From assembly GCA_965220745.1 (NCBI GenBank), contig CBDCQT010000003.1, positions 1-64,000 on the forward strand: DNA of 64,000 nucleotides, read 5' to 3'. Position numbers and translations under genes: made by a program. The notes beneath the pieces were generated by a model. That model saw nothing but the letters and a program-made list of their open reading frames with translations, was not told the origin of the DNA and did not search any database. Shown in pieces: positions 40,080-49,487 of this stretch (position 1 is its first letter; each line of letters opens with the position of its first letter). The stretch is from Alphaproteobacteria bacterium (GTDB taxonomy: Bacteria; Pseudomonadota; Alphaproteobacteria; UBA828).

Positions 40080-40910
40080 TCAGCCCTCCGCTGCCTGGGC
40101 GGCGGGCGTCTCGGCGGGCGCAGGGGCGAGCAACGCTGCCGTCGCCGCCGCGACATCTGCCTGGCGCATGAGGGATTCGCCAACCAAAAACCGGCGCACG
40201 CCGAGCGCCGTCATGCGCACGATGTCTTCAGGGCTATGCAGGCCGCTTTCACAGATGACGGGCGGCCCACCGGCCGCGAGCGGCGCGAGGCGCTCGGTGG
40301 TCGCGAGATCGACCTCCAGTGTCTTCAGGTTGCGGTTGTTGATGCCGAGCAGCGAGGCGTCGAGCTGGAGCGCGCGCCGGAGCTCGGGCTCGTCATGCAC
40401 CTCAACCAGCGTGTCCATGCCGAGCTCCGCCGCCGCCGCCGCAAGTTCTGAGGCCTGGTCGTCGCTGAGAGCCGCCATGATGAGCAGGATGCAGTCCGCG
40501 CCCAGCGCCCGCGCTTCGACCACCTGATAGGGGTCGAGCATGAAATCCTTGCGCAGCACGGGGAGCGAGACCGCCGCGTGCGCCTCGGTGAGATACCGGT
40601 CCTCGCCCTGGAAGTAGTCCTTGTCCGTCAGCACCGAGAGGCAGGCCGCGCCGCCGGCGGCGTAGGCGGCGGCCAGCGCCGGCGGGTCGAAGTCGGCGCG
40701 GATCAAGCCCTTGCTCGGCGATGCCTTCTTGAGCTCGGCGATGAGCGCCGGCCGCCCAGTGTCGGCGACCGCGGCGAGCGCCCGAGCGAAGCCGCGCGGT
40801 GGTTCGACGGCGAGCGCCCGATCGGCAAGCGCCGCCTGGGAGACGGCCCGCTTGCGGGCGGCGATATGGTGCCGCTTGTCGTCGCAAATCTTCGCGAGGA
40901 CGTCGCTCAT
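40080..40910 (-). CDS. trpC: Indole-3-glycerol phosphate synthase
   Basis: [40 protein letters not shown]. Confidence 0.96.
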   Translation of the reverse strand: MSDVLAKICDDKRHHIAARKRAVSQAALADRALAVEPPRGFARALAAVADTGRPALIAELKKASPSKGLIRADFDPPALAAAYAAGGAACLSVLTDKDYFQGEDRYLTEAHAAVSLPVLRKDFMLDPYQVVEARALGADCILLIMAALSDDQASELAAAAAELGMDTLVEVHDEPELRRALQLDASLLGINNRNLKTLEVDLATTERLAPLAAGGPPVICESGLHSPEDIVRMTALGVRRFLVGESLMRQADVAAATAALLAPAPAETPAAQAAEG

Positions 40911-41965
40911 CGGCCGGCGGCTCCCTGGGCCTCGGCGGGCGTGCCCCGGCCGCTGATCTCGATCAGCCGGTCGAGTGCGGCCTGGGCTCTGCCGCCGTCA
41001 ACCGCCTCTGCGGCCGAGCGCACACCCTCCCGCAAGTCGCCCGCGCGCCCGGCGACCACGAGCGCAGCGGCGGCATTGAGCAGCACGATATCGCGTGCGG
41101 GTCCGGGCTCACCCGCGAGCACGGCGCGAACGATACCGGCGTTGGTCTCCGGGTCGCCGCCCTTCAGGTCGTCGGGCGCAGCCAGCGGCAGGCCGGCGAC
41201 CTCCGGCACGACCTCGAAGCGGCGGATCGTGCCGCCGTCGAGCTCCACGACGGCGGAGGGGCCCGTGGTGGTGAGCTCGTCCGTGCCGTCGCTGCCGTGG
41301 ACCACCCAGACATGCTCGGAGCCGAGATTTCGCAGCACCTCGGCCATCGGACCCGTCCATTTCGGGTCAAACACGCCGATCACCTGGCGCTTGGCGCCGG
41401 CCGGGTTCGAGAGCGGGCCCAGCAGGTTGAAGACGGTGCGCGTGCCGAGCTCGACGCGGGTGGGCCCGACGTGGCGCATGGCGCCGTGGTGCCGGGGCGC
41501 CATGAGGAAGCCGATGTTGGCCTCCCACAGGGCGTCCCGGACGAGCGTCATGTCGGCGTCGATGGTCACGCCCAGGGCGGCGAGCAGGTCGGCCGAGCCC
41601 GAGCGTGAGGAGAGCGCGCGGTTGCCGTGCTTGGCGACCGGCACGCCACAGCCCGCAGCCACCAGCGCTGCGGCGGTCGAGATGTTGAAGGTGCCCTTCG
41701 CATCGCCGCCGGTGCCGCAGGTGTCGATGGCGCCCTCGGGCGCGTCGATGCTCAGCGCACGGGCGCGCATGGCCTGGGCGCCGCCGGTGATCTCGTCCAC
41801 CGTTTCGCCCCGCACCCGCAGCGCCATGAGGAAGCCGCCCATCTGCGCCGGCGTCGCTGCGCCCTCCATCATCGCGTCGAAGGCGGCGCGCGATTCGTCG
41901 ACCGTGAGCGACGCGCCGGTCGCGATGCGCCCGATGAGCGCCTTGAAGTCGGTGGAATCCGTCAT
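40907..41965 (-). CDS. trpD: Anthranilate phosphoribosyltransferase
   Basis: [28 protein letters not shown]. Confidence 0.96.
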   Translation of the reverse strand: MTDSTDFKALIGRIATGASLTVDESRAAFDAMMEGAATPAQMGGFLMALRVRGETVDEITGGAQAMRARALSIDAPEGAIDTCGTGGDAKGTFNISTAAALVAAGCGVPVAKHGNRALSSRSGSADLLAALGVTIDADMTLVRDALWEANIGFLMAPRHHGAMRHVGPTRVELGTRTVFNLLGPLSNPAGAKRQVIGVFDPKWTGPMAEVLRNLGSEHVWVVHGSDGTDELTTTGPSAVVELDGGTIRRFEVVPEVAGLPLAAPDDLKGGDPETNAGIVRAVLAGEPGPARDIVLLNAAAALVVAGRAGDLREGVRSAAEAVDGGRAQAALDRLIEISGRGTPAEAQGAAGR

Positions 41966-42103
41966 GGAGGTCAGAAGCCCGCTCGCTCCACCACCGGCAT
42001 CGGGCGGCACGGCCCGGCCGATTCGCCCCGTGTTATAGCTGGTTCTCGACGAAACGCCATGCGGTGTGGGCGCTGCCGGCCGAGGTGGGCATCCACCGCG
42101 GCC

Positions 42104-43384
42104 TCACGGCTCGGGGTAGGCGTCGAAGGCGATGCCGATGCGCTCGCCCGGTCCCTTGAAGGGCAGCGTCCCGTGAAAGACGTAAGACGGGAAGAGTAGT
42201 GCGGTGCCGGCGCGCGGCGGGAGGCTGACGCAACGGAACGTGCTGCCTTCGGGCAGGTCGTGGTCGGGACGGCCGAACTCGAGCCAACCGCCGTGGTCTT
42301 CGCTCTCGGCACCGATCTGCGGGGGCACCGCGACGTAATAGACCCCGCTCAGCCACGCGCTCTCGTGAATATGCGGCGGGTGCCGCCCGCCGGCCGTCAG
42401 GATCGAGGCGATCAGCGTCAGGCGATAGCGCCGGGGGATACGTGCGAGAAAGGGGCTCTCGGGGTCCGCCGTCAGCGTCTCCCGGTAGGCGTCGATGGCG
42501 GCGCGCAGTGCGCGCTCCAGGCCGCGGATGGGTGGGCTCGGCGCCGCCAGCATGTCCTGGGTCACCGCGCCATTGCGGGTCACGCGGTTGGGCGGCTCCC
42601 AGACCAGGGAGGGCGCCTCGCGAACGGCGGTTGCCAGCGCTTCGTTGAAGGTTTCGATGTCGCCGCTGCCGAGCGGAGGCGTGAGGGAGACCCGCGTCAC
42701 GAAGCGGTCGAAGTCGTAGAGGTTGCTGCCGGCCTCACTTTCGCCCCCGATCTGTTCGGCGAGCGCGCGGGTCGCCAGCGCGTTCTGGCAGAAGGGGTCG
42801 ATGGCGAGCGCGGTGGCACAGGCGGCCAGCGCACGATCCACCGCGCCGAGGGCGAGATGAGTCCGCGCCAGCCGGTGGTGCGCCTGCAGATCGTAAGGGT
42901 CGAGGGCAATGGCCTTGCGGTAGGCCGTTGCAGCCTCCTCGCCCATGCCGGCCGCGCTGAGCGCGTTACCAAGATTGGTATGGGCGTTGGCGTAGTCGGG
43001 GCGGAGCGCGACGGCGCGTTCCAGCACGTCGCGGGCCTCGGCGGTCTGTCCGGTCTCGAGCAGGAGGATGCCGAGGCTGTTGTGCGCCTCGGCGTAGGTG
43101 GGCGCCACCTCGGTCGCCTGGCGCAGCAGTACGGCCGCCTCGTCGAAGCGACTGCAGCGGTAGCGGGCGACGCCGGCATAGTGGAGGACGCTGGGATCGG
43201 CCGCCCCATCCCCCGCCAGCAGCTTCGAGAGGAGCTGGTCCGCCCTCTGTGGGCGGCCTTCCTTCATGTGGCGCGCGGCGCGGGCGAGGACGTCCCCGTG
43301 CGCGACACCCTTGGCGCCCGCGCGGGGACCGGCGGTGCCGGCCGCCGACTGCCGCGACTGCCGTCGTCTCGCCCGTCGGTTCAT
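42104..43384 (-). CDS. TPR-repeat protein with C-terminal putative 2OG-Fe(II) oxygenase domain
   Basis: TPR repeats (YAEAHNSLG, YANAHTNLG), then HPPHIHESAWLSGVYYV, LFPSYVFHGT, RIGIAFD. Confidence 0.85.
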   Translation of the reverse strand: MNRRARRRQSRQSAAGTAGPRAGAKGVAHGDVLARAARHMKEGRPQRADQLLSKLLAGDGAADPSVLHYAGVARYRCSRFDEAAVLLRQATEVAPTYAEAHNSLGILLLETGQTAEARDVLERAVALRPDYANAHTNLGNALSAAGMGEEAATAYRKAIALDPYDLQAHHRLARTHLALGAVDRALAACATALAIDPFCQNALATRALAEQIGGESEAGSNLYDFDRFVTRVSLTPPLGSGDIETFNEALATAVREAPSLVWEPPNRVTRNGAVTQDMLAAPSPPIRGLERALRAAIDAYRETLTADPESPFLARIPRRYRLTLIASILTAGGRHPPHIHESAWLSGVYYVAVPPQIGAESEDHGGWLEFGRPDHDLPEGSTFRCVSLPPRAGTALLFPSYVFHGTLPFKGPGERIGIAFDAYPEP

Positions 43385-43472
43385 CGTGTCCGCCGTCGAG
43401 TGCGGACGATGGGGCGCTTTTCTGTTCGCGTGGCGCTGCTCCGGCCCTTGGTCCTGCCGACGCGTGCTGCGC

Positions 43473-43604
43473 TCAGCGGGCGGTCAGGCCGACGTTGATC
43501 ATCGGCGTTTCCATGGCGGAGCCGAGGATGATCATCAGGGCCAGGAATACCCAGAACACGTTGTCGGCGCAGAGCTGGATAACTCGCTTGGCCTTCGGGT
43601 TCAT
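43473..43604 (-). CDS. 43-aa single-TM small protein
   Basis: MNPKAKRVIQLCADNVFWVFLALMIILGSAMETPMINVGLTAR with GAGAGGAG RBS. Confidence 0.55.
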   Translation of the reverse strand: MNPKAKRVIQLCADNVFWVFLALMIILGSAMETPMINVGLTAR

Positions 43605-43694
43605 GGTCCCGCTCCTCTCGTCGCCGCCGTCGCTGGCCGACACCAATGATTCCAAGTGAGCAGGAAGAACGCAACCGTCCGTAGACTTGGGGCC

Positions 43695-43732
43695 GGCTAC
43701 GAATTTCGTAGCCAAGTAACCCGAATTTCGTA
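43695..43732. promoter_or_regulatory. Palindromic operator plus second half-site upstream of the amide ABC/DMFase operon
   Basis: GGCTACGAA-T-TTCGTAGCC perfect inverted repeat; second CGAATTTCGTA 22 bp later; TTGACA at 43759. Confidence 0.6.
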
Positions 43733-43884
43733 AATGTCGTGAATGGCTTGTCGCTCTGTTGACATTATCGTTCAACGGGAGAGACTATCGCGGATACGGA
43801 CACATCCTGTCGTCACAGCGGCGGCGGTCCGTGCGCTGCCCCTCGGGGTGAGAGCATCGGGAGAAACCAAGGGAGAGTTCTACT

Positions 43885-45228
43885 ATGCGTGTCAACCGAC
43901 GTACCATCCTCAAGGGAGCGTTGGCGGGAACTGCCGGTGTCGCGGCTGCATTCCCCCACATCTACATCAAGGACTTCGGGCAGGCCTGGGGCGCGAAGCC
44001 CTGGATCTACGAAGACGAGCCCATCAAGGTCGGCATGCTCTGGTCGCAGACCGGCAACCTCTCGGTTGTCGAGAACGATTCGACCCAGGTCTCGCTCTAC
44101 GCGGTCGACGAGATCAACGCGGCAGGCGGCATCGCCGGCAAGATGGTCGAGCCGGTGGTGGTCGACGCCAAGTCCGACATCAAGGTCTATTCGGAGAAGA
44201 TCACGCAGCTCATTCTGAGAGACCGCGTGGTGTCGGTGCACGGCAGCTACACCTCGGCGAGCCGCCGTGCGGTCATGCCGATCGTGATGAAGTGGGACCA
44301 CCTTTACTACTACCCGACCTGCTACGAAGGCCGGGAGTGCATGCAGAACATCATCAACACCGGGCCGCTCGCCAATCAGCACTCGTATGACCTGGTTCCG
44401 TTCATGGTGGAGAACTTCGGCCCCAAGACCTATCTGGTCGGCTCCAACTACATCTGGCCGAAAGAGTCCAACAAGAACGTCAAGGTCTGGCTTGAGCGGG
44501 CCGGCGGCGAGGTGCTGGGCGAGGACTACATCCCCCTCGGCGGCTCCGAGTTCGCGCCGGTCTTCAACAAGATTCGCCAGCAGCAGCCGGACTGGATCAT
44601 GTCGACGGTGGTCGGCGATTCCGATATCGCGCTGCACCGGCAGTTCCTGCAAGAAGGCTTCAAGTCCGACAAGACGCCGATCGCATCGCTTACCACCGGT
44701 GAGATCGAGACCCGCGCCATGGGCAACGAGGCCGGCGCCGGTCACTTCCTGTCTGCACCTTACTTCCAGACCCTGCAGAACCCGACCAACGAGAAGTTTG
44801 TGGAGGGTTATCTCTCGAGCCAGTACGGCGGCGGGGGCGTCACCCACTACAACATGGAAGAGACCTATCTCGGGATCTACGTGTGGAAGAAGGGTGTCGA
44901 GCGCGCCCTCGAGGAGACCGGCGGCGACTGGGAAGCCATCACGCCGCGCATGATCCGCGACGTCAGCGGTAACTGGCGCGACCAGGGCCCGGTGACGCTG
45001 AGCGACGAGGAGAGCCCGGAGGGCAAGGTCTGGATCGATCCGGACAACTTCAACATCTGGCTCAAGCCCAAGATCGGCCAGTGCGGTGCGGACGGTCAGT
45101 TCACCATCGTGCGCCAGGCCGACGAGCACGTCGGGCCGGATCCCTTCGCGATCTATCCCGAGCGCGGCGTCTGCAAGGCCGACGGCCTGCACCGGCCCGA
45201 CGGGACGGTTCAGAAGGACGTTCTGTAA
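43885..45228 (+). CDS. Urea/short-chain amide ABC substrate-binding protein (UrtA/FmdD/AmiC-like), Tat-exported
   Basis: NRRTILKG twin-Arg signal; GSYTSASRRAV, YPTCYEGRE, ANQ, VGSNYIWPKESN. Confidence 0.9.
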   Translation: MRVNRRTILKGALAGTAGVAAAFPHIYIKDFGQAWGAKPWIYEDEPIKVGMLWSQTGNLSVVENDSTQVSLYAVDEINAAGGIAGKMVEPVVVDAKSDIKVYSEKITQLILRDRVVSVHGSYTSASRRAVMPIVMKWDHLYYYPTCYEGRECMQNIINTGPLANQHSYDLVPFMVENFGPKTYLVGSNYIWPKESNKNVKVWLERAGGEVLGEDYIPLGGSEFAPVFNKIRQQQPDWIMSTVVGDSDIALHRQFLQEGFKSDKTPIASLTTGEIETRAMGNEAGAGHFLSAPYFQTLQNPTNEKFVEGYLSSQYGGGGVTHYNMEETYLGIYVWKKGVERALEETGGDWEAITPRMIRDVSGNWRDQGPVTLSDEESPEGKVWIDPDNFNIWLKPKIGQCGADGQFTIVRQADEHVGPDPFAIYPERGVCKADGLHRPDGTVQKDVL

Positions 45229-45252
45229 GACACCTGTTTGATCTGGTAGTGT

Positions 45253-45281
45253 CGGGGCGGAGGGGCAGTTCCTCCGCCCCG
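45253..45281. repeat. GC hairpin after the SBP gene (mRNA stabiliser or REP-like)
   Basis: CGGGGCGGAGG...CCTCCGCCCCG stem. Confidence 0.5.
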
Positions 45282-45388
45282 CCGCTCCCCGGCGGGGGAG
45301 GAAGGCGGCGGCCGGCTGACTTCACGGGCACGCACTTGCGGGGCACTGTCGGCAAGACCGCAACAGGGAGAGAGGCGAGACTCAATTC

Positions 45389-46291
45389 ATGAGCGTCCAC
45401 GATTTCTGGACACCCTTCGCCGCAGAACCGTTCATTAATGCGCTGATTATCGGGCTCAGCCTGGCCAGCATCTGGCTGGTCGCGGCGCTGGGCCTGACCA
45501 TCATTTACGGCACCATGGGCGTCATCAACATGGCCCATGGCGAGTTCATCATGCTGGGGGCCTACTTCACCTGGATGATGCAGTATTTCGGCGGGTTCCC
45601 CTGGCTGCTCTGCCTGCCGATCTCCTTCGTGCTTGTCGGCTTCATCGGATGGTTGGTCGAACGCGGCCTCATACGACACTTGTACGACCGACCATTGGAC
45701 ACGCTCCTCGCGACATGGGGCGTGTCCTTGGTCTTCATCCAGAGCATCCGGCTGATCTTCGGCGGCGAGCCGCAATACGTCGAGGTGCCCGACTGGCTGA
45801 CCAGCGTGATGACGATCGACTTCGTCCACGTGCCGTGGATCAGGATCTTCATCTTCTTCGCGGCGCTGGCGCTGGTCGCCATGACCTGGGCAATCCTGTT
45901 CAAGACCAATATCGGCATCCAGGTTCGCGCCGTCATGCAGAACCCGCAGATGGCGGCGTCGTTCGGCATCAATTCGAGCCGGGTGTACGGCCTCACCTTC
46001 GCCTATGGGGCGGGCCTCGCGGGAATCTCGGGCTCCATGTTCGCGGGCCTGAAGACGATCTTCCCGGACATGGGGCTGGGCTACGTGGTCGAGGCCTTCC
46101 TGGTGGTGGTGACGGGCGGCGGCGAGCTATTCGGCAGCCTGGCGACAGCCGGCATCATGGGCGAGATGTTCTCGATCTTCTCCTACTTCACGAACGACAC
46201 CTTCGCCCGCTTCGTGCTGTTCATCCTGATCGTGATCTTCCTGCGCTTCCGTCCGCAGGGGATCTTTGCGCCCAGCATGGCGCGGCGCTAG
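45389..46291 (+). CDS. urtB: UrtB-like permease
   Basis: ALGLTIIYGTMGVINMAHGEF, RPLDTLLATWG, FRPQG. Confidence 0.85.
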   Translation: MSVHDFWTPFAAEPFINALIIGLSLASIWLVAALGLTIIYGTMGVINMAHGEFIMLGAYFTWMMQYFGGFPWLLCLPISFVLVGFIGWLVERGLIRHLYDRPLDTLLATWGVSLVFIQSIRLIFGGEPQYVEVPDWLTSVMTIDFVHVPWIRIFIFFAALALVAMTWAILFKTNIGIQVRAVMQNPQMAASFGINSSRVYGLTFAYGAGLAGISGSMFAGLKTIFPDMGLGYVVEAFLVVVTGGGELFGSLATAGIMGEMFSIFSYFTNDTFARFVLFILIVIFLRFRPQGIFAPSMARR

Positions 46292-46297
46292 GGCAGG

Positions 46298-47449
46298 GTG
46301 AACGTCATGTTGTTGGAAAGGTTGAAACTGGAGCCAACGGGGCAGCGGCAGAACCTCTATCACGACAAGCGCGCGCAGTGGGCGATGTACGTCGTCGCCT
46401 TCGGCGCGCTCGCCACCATCCCCGTGTTCATGGGCGACGACCCCTTTGCGCTCAACCAGTTCGCGCGCTACGGCGTCTTCGGCATGCTGGCGCTTTCGGT
46501 GAGCCTGGTGTGGGGCTTTGGCGGCATCCTCAGCCTGGGCCAGGGAATCGCCTTCGGCATGGCGGCCTACGGCATGGGCGCCACCATGCAGATGCAGTAC
46601 CAGGATCCGGAATACGACCCGATCCCGAGCTTCATGCTGACCAACGAGCTGGAGGAGCTGCCCACGGTCTGGGAGCCCTTCTGGCATACCGAAGTCGGGC
46701 TGATCCTAGCGCTCGGAATCCCGACGCTCTTCTTCATCATCTTCGGCTTCCTGATGTTCCAGGCGCGCCTGGCCGGCGCCTTCGTCGCCATCATGACGCT
46801 CGCCATGCTCGGCGCCTGGTACAACATGGCCTACGACATGCAGCCGTTCACGGCGGGCTTCAACGGTATCTCGCCGCCCAGTTCGTTCCAGGCGTTCGGC
46901 GTCGATGTGGACCCCTACAGCAGCATGATCTACTGGGTGGCGCTCGGTGTTCTGGCCGCGCTGACGCTCGGGACCAAGGCACTGCTTGCGAGCAAATTCG
47001 GCACCATAATTCAGGCGATACGCGACGACCCCGAACGCGCGCGTTTCCTCGGCTACAACGTCGCCTTCTATCAGGTGACGGTGTTCACGATTTCCGGCCT
47101 CATCGCCGCGATCGCGGGCATCGTTTGGGTGATGATCGTCCAGTACGTCTCGCCGACGTCGCTGGAGATCTTCTTCAGCATCACCATGGTAATCTGGGCC
47201 GCTGTCGGCGGCAGGCTCTCGCTGTTCGGCGCGATCTTCGGCGCCATCTTCATCAACACGATCCAGAGTTACGTGGGCGACGAGTTCCAGGCCGCCTGGT
47301 TCGTGATCCTCGGCACGATCTTCATCGTCGTCGTCCGCTTCCTACCGAAGGGAATTGCCGGCCTGTTCGAAATGATCATCGGCCTCGTCCCCTATCGCGG
47401 CCGCGCGCCGGTTCAGCCGACCCTCGGCCCCCGGCGGGCATCGGACTAG
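46298..47449 (+). CDS. urtC: UrtC-like permease
   Basis: LVWGFGGILSLGQG, AIRDDPERARFLGY, WAAVGGR. Confidence 0.85.
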   Translation: MNVMLLERLKLEPTGQRQNLYHDKRAQWAMYVVAFGALATIPVFMGDDPFALNQFARYGVFGMLALSVSLVWGFGGILSLGQGIAFGMAAYGMGATMQMQYQDPEYDPIPSFMLTNELEELPTVWEPFWHTEVGLILALGIPTLFFIIFGFLMFQARLAGAFVAIMTLAMLGAWYNMAYDMQPFTAGFNGISPPSSFQAFGVDVDPYSSMIYWVALGVLAALTLGTKALLASKFGTIIQAIRDDPERARFLGYNVAFYQVTVFTISGLIAAIAGIVWVMIVQYVSPTSLEIFFSITMVIWAAVGGRLSLFGAIFGAIFINTIQSYVGDEFQAAWFVILGTIFIVVVRFLPKGIAGLFEMIIGLVPYRGRAPVQPTLGPRRASD

Positions 47450-47461
47450 GAGGACGCGGGC

Positions 47462-48217
47462 GTGAGCGCGATTCTGGAAGTCACGGAGGTGACCAAGGCC
47501 TACGACGAGTACAAGGTCGTCGACAGCTTCAGCTTCCAGGTCGATGAGGGCGAGCTGCGCTGCCTGCTCGGGCCGAACGGTGCGGGCAAAACCACGACGA
47601 TGGACCTGATCACCGGCCGTCAGAAGGTGACGGCGGGCAAGATCATGTTCCAGGGCCGCGAAATCACGGGCCTGCCGGAGCACCGGATCGTGAAGCACGG
47701 GATCGGCCGCAAGTTCCAGGTGCCGGCGGTGTTCAGGGACCTCACCGTGCGCGAGAACCTGCAGGTCGCCAACAGCCGAAACACCAATCCCTTCATCAAC
47801 ATGATCACGTTCCGCCAGCGGGCGGGGCGCGACAAGCTGGACGAGATCGTCGAGCTTGTCGGGCTCCAGGAACGGCTGGACGAGCTCGGCGGCAATCTCA
47901 GCCACGGCGAGACCCAGTGGCTCGAGATCGGCATGGTGCTCACCCAGGATCCCAAGCTCCTGCTCATGGACGAGCCCACCGCCGGCATGACCGAGCAGGA
48001 GACCCACCGCACCTCCGAAATCTTCAACCGTCTGAAGGGCACGCGAACTCTCGTCGTGGTCGAGCACGACATGGCGTTCGTGCGCGAGATCGCCGACATC
48101 ATCACGCTCATGCATCTGGGCAAGACACTGGCAGAGGGCCCCATGCATGAGGTGGAGAACGATCCAAGGGTGCGCGAGGTCTATCTCGGCGCCGAGGGCA
48201 TCAGCGATGCTGCTTGA
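47462..48217 (+). CDS. urtD: UrtD-like ABC ATPase
   Basis: GPNGAGKTT, GIGRKFQ, LSHGETQWLEIGM, VEHDM. Confidence 0.88.
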   Translation: MSAILEVTEVTKAYDEYKVVDSFSFQVDEGELRCLLGPNGAGKTTTMDLITGRQKVTAGKIMFQGREITGLPEHRIVKHGIGRKFQVPAVFRDLTVRENLQVANSRNTNPFINMITFRQRAGRDKLDEIVELVGLQERLDELGGNLSHGETQWLEIGMVLTQDPKLLLMDEPTAGMTEQETHRTSEIFNRLKGTRTLVVVEHDMAFVREIADIITLMHLGKTLAEGPMHEVENDPRVREVYLGAEGISDAA

Positions 48218-48905
48218 GCTGGAAGGCGTCACATCCTTCTACGGCAAGACGCCGATCCTGCAGAACGTGAGCCTGGGCGTTGCCCACGGCCACTGCATGG
48301 CGGTGCTGGGGCGGAACGGCGTCGGCAAGACGACGCTGGTGCGCACCATCATGGGGCTGACCACGCGCATGACTGGCACGCTCAGGATTGCCGGCGAGGA
48401 CGCGAGCGACATGCCCACGCACCAGCGCTCCGAGATCGGCATCGGCTACATCCCGCAGGGGCGCGGCATCCTGCCCAAGTTCTCGGTGCGGGAGAACATC
48501 CTGCTCGGGACCTTCGCCCGCAACGACAAGCGGCGGAAGATCCCCGACATGTGCCTCGACCTCTTTCCTTATCTGGCTGAGAACCTGGACAAGCGGGCGG
48601 GGCAGCTCTCGGGCGGTCAGCAGCAGCAGCTCGCGATCTCGCGCGCGCTCGCGACCGATCCGAAGATCCTGCTGCTCGATGAGCCGACGGAAGGCATCCA
48701 GCCCAACATCGTGCAGGAGCTCGAAGCCACGATCATGCGGCTCAACACCGAAGTCGGGCTCACGCTCGTGCTCACGGAGCAGCACATCAAGGTTGCGCGC
48801 GAGCTTTCGCACGAGTTCGTCATCATGGACAACGGTCTGGTCGTCGAGGGTGGCCCCATTGACGCATTGACCGACGAGGTCGTCGACAAGTACCTGACGA
48901 TCTAG
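48207..48905 (+). CDS. urtE: UrtE-like ABC ATPase
   Basis: GRNGVGKTT, PQGR, LSGGQQQQLAI, DEPTEGIQPNI. Confidence 0.88.
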   Translation: MLLELEGVTSFYGKTPILQNVSLGVAHGHCMAVLGRNGVGKTTLVRTIMGLTTRMTGTLRIAGEDASDMPTHQRSEIGIGYIPQGRGILPKFSVRENILLGTFARNDKRRKIPDMCLDLFPYLAENLDKRAGQLSGGQQQQLAISRALATDPKILLLDEPTEGIQPNIVQELEATIMRLNTEVGLTLVLTEQHIKVARELSHEFVIMDNGLVVEGGPIDALTDEVVDKYLTI

Positions 48906-48947
48906 GCATACGAGGGCCGAGGCAGCAGACGCGAGGGGGGACCCAGA

Positions 48948-49388
48948 ATGATCCGTATTCCGCCAAAAGGCAGTCCCGATCGGGATCGTCTCATCGAGGA
49001 GCACAAGGCGTGCATCGAGTCCATGAAGGGCGTTGCCGGCTGCTCGATCCTGCGCTGCGCGACACCGGGCGACACCACCGAGGTCAGCGGCGGCATTCAC
49101 GAGGACTTCCAACTCAACCGCGTGCTGCTGCGGATGCGGGCCCAGCCGGCGAAGGGCAAGCTCGTGGTGGTCTGCACCAAGATCGAGAAGGAGTGGCGCA
49201 TCGCGCGGTGCTCCGGCATCCGCGGCGTGCCGCCGGAGTTCGTCTCCGACAAGGTGTACGACAACGAGCAGGACCCGCAGCACGACATCTTCCTGATGCG
49301 GCTCGACGAGTTCCCGGAGACCGACGGCTTCCCCGAGCATTTCCACCAGGGTTGGAAGCGCCGGGACGACAATTGGGCCGCGTCCTAG
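48948..49388 (+). CDS. dmfA1: N,N-dimethylformamidase small (alpha) subunit-like protein
   Basis: IEEH, LNRVLLRMRAQPAKGK, WRIAR..RGVPP, HDIFLMRL pattern; directly upstream of the large subunit. Confidence 0.72.
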   Translation: MIRIPPKGSPDRDRLIEEHKACIESMKGVAGCSILRCATPGDTTEVSGGIHEDFQLNRVLLRMRAQPAKGKLVVVCTKIEKEWRIARCSGIRGVPPEFVSDKVYDNEQDPQHDIFLMRLDEFPETDGFPEHFHQGWKRRDDNWAAS

Positions 49389-49487
49389 GGCGCGGGCCTA
49401 AGCGATCATTCCGGGGTTCCACGCGGTAACCGATCAGGACGCGCGAGCGGCCGCCAGGGCCCGCGCGATTTAGGGGAGAGACACCCG

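Noticed and set aside
43790-43884. ANTAR-type twin hairpins in the SBP leader
   Set aside because: Could not identify two convincing hexaloop stems, and no ANTAR gene is nearby.
43885-48905. Calling this a urea/urease locus
   Set aside because: No ure genes are present. The adjacent DMFase points to amide or formamide substrates, so the urt names denote family only.
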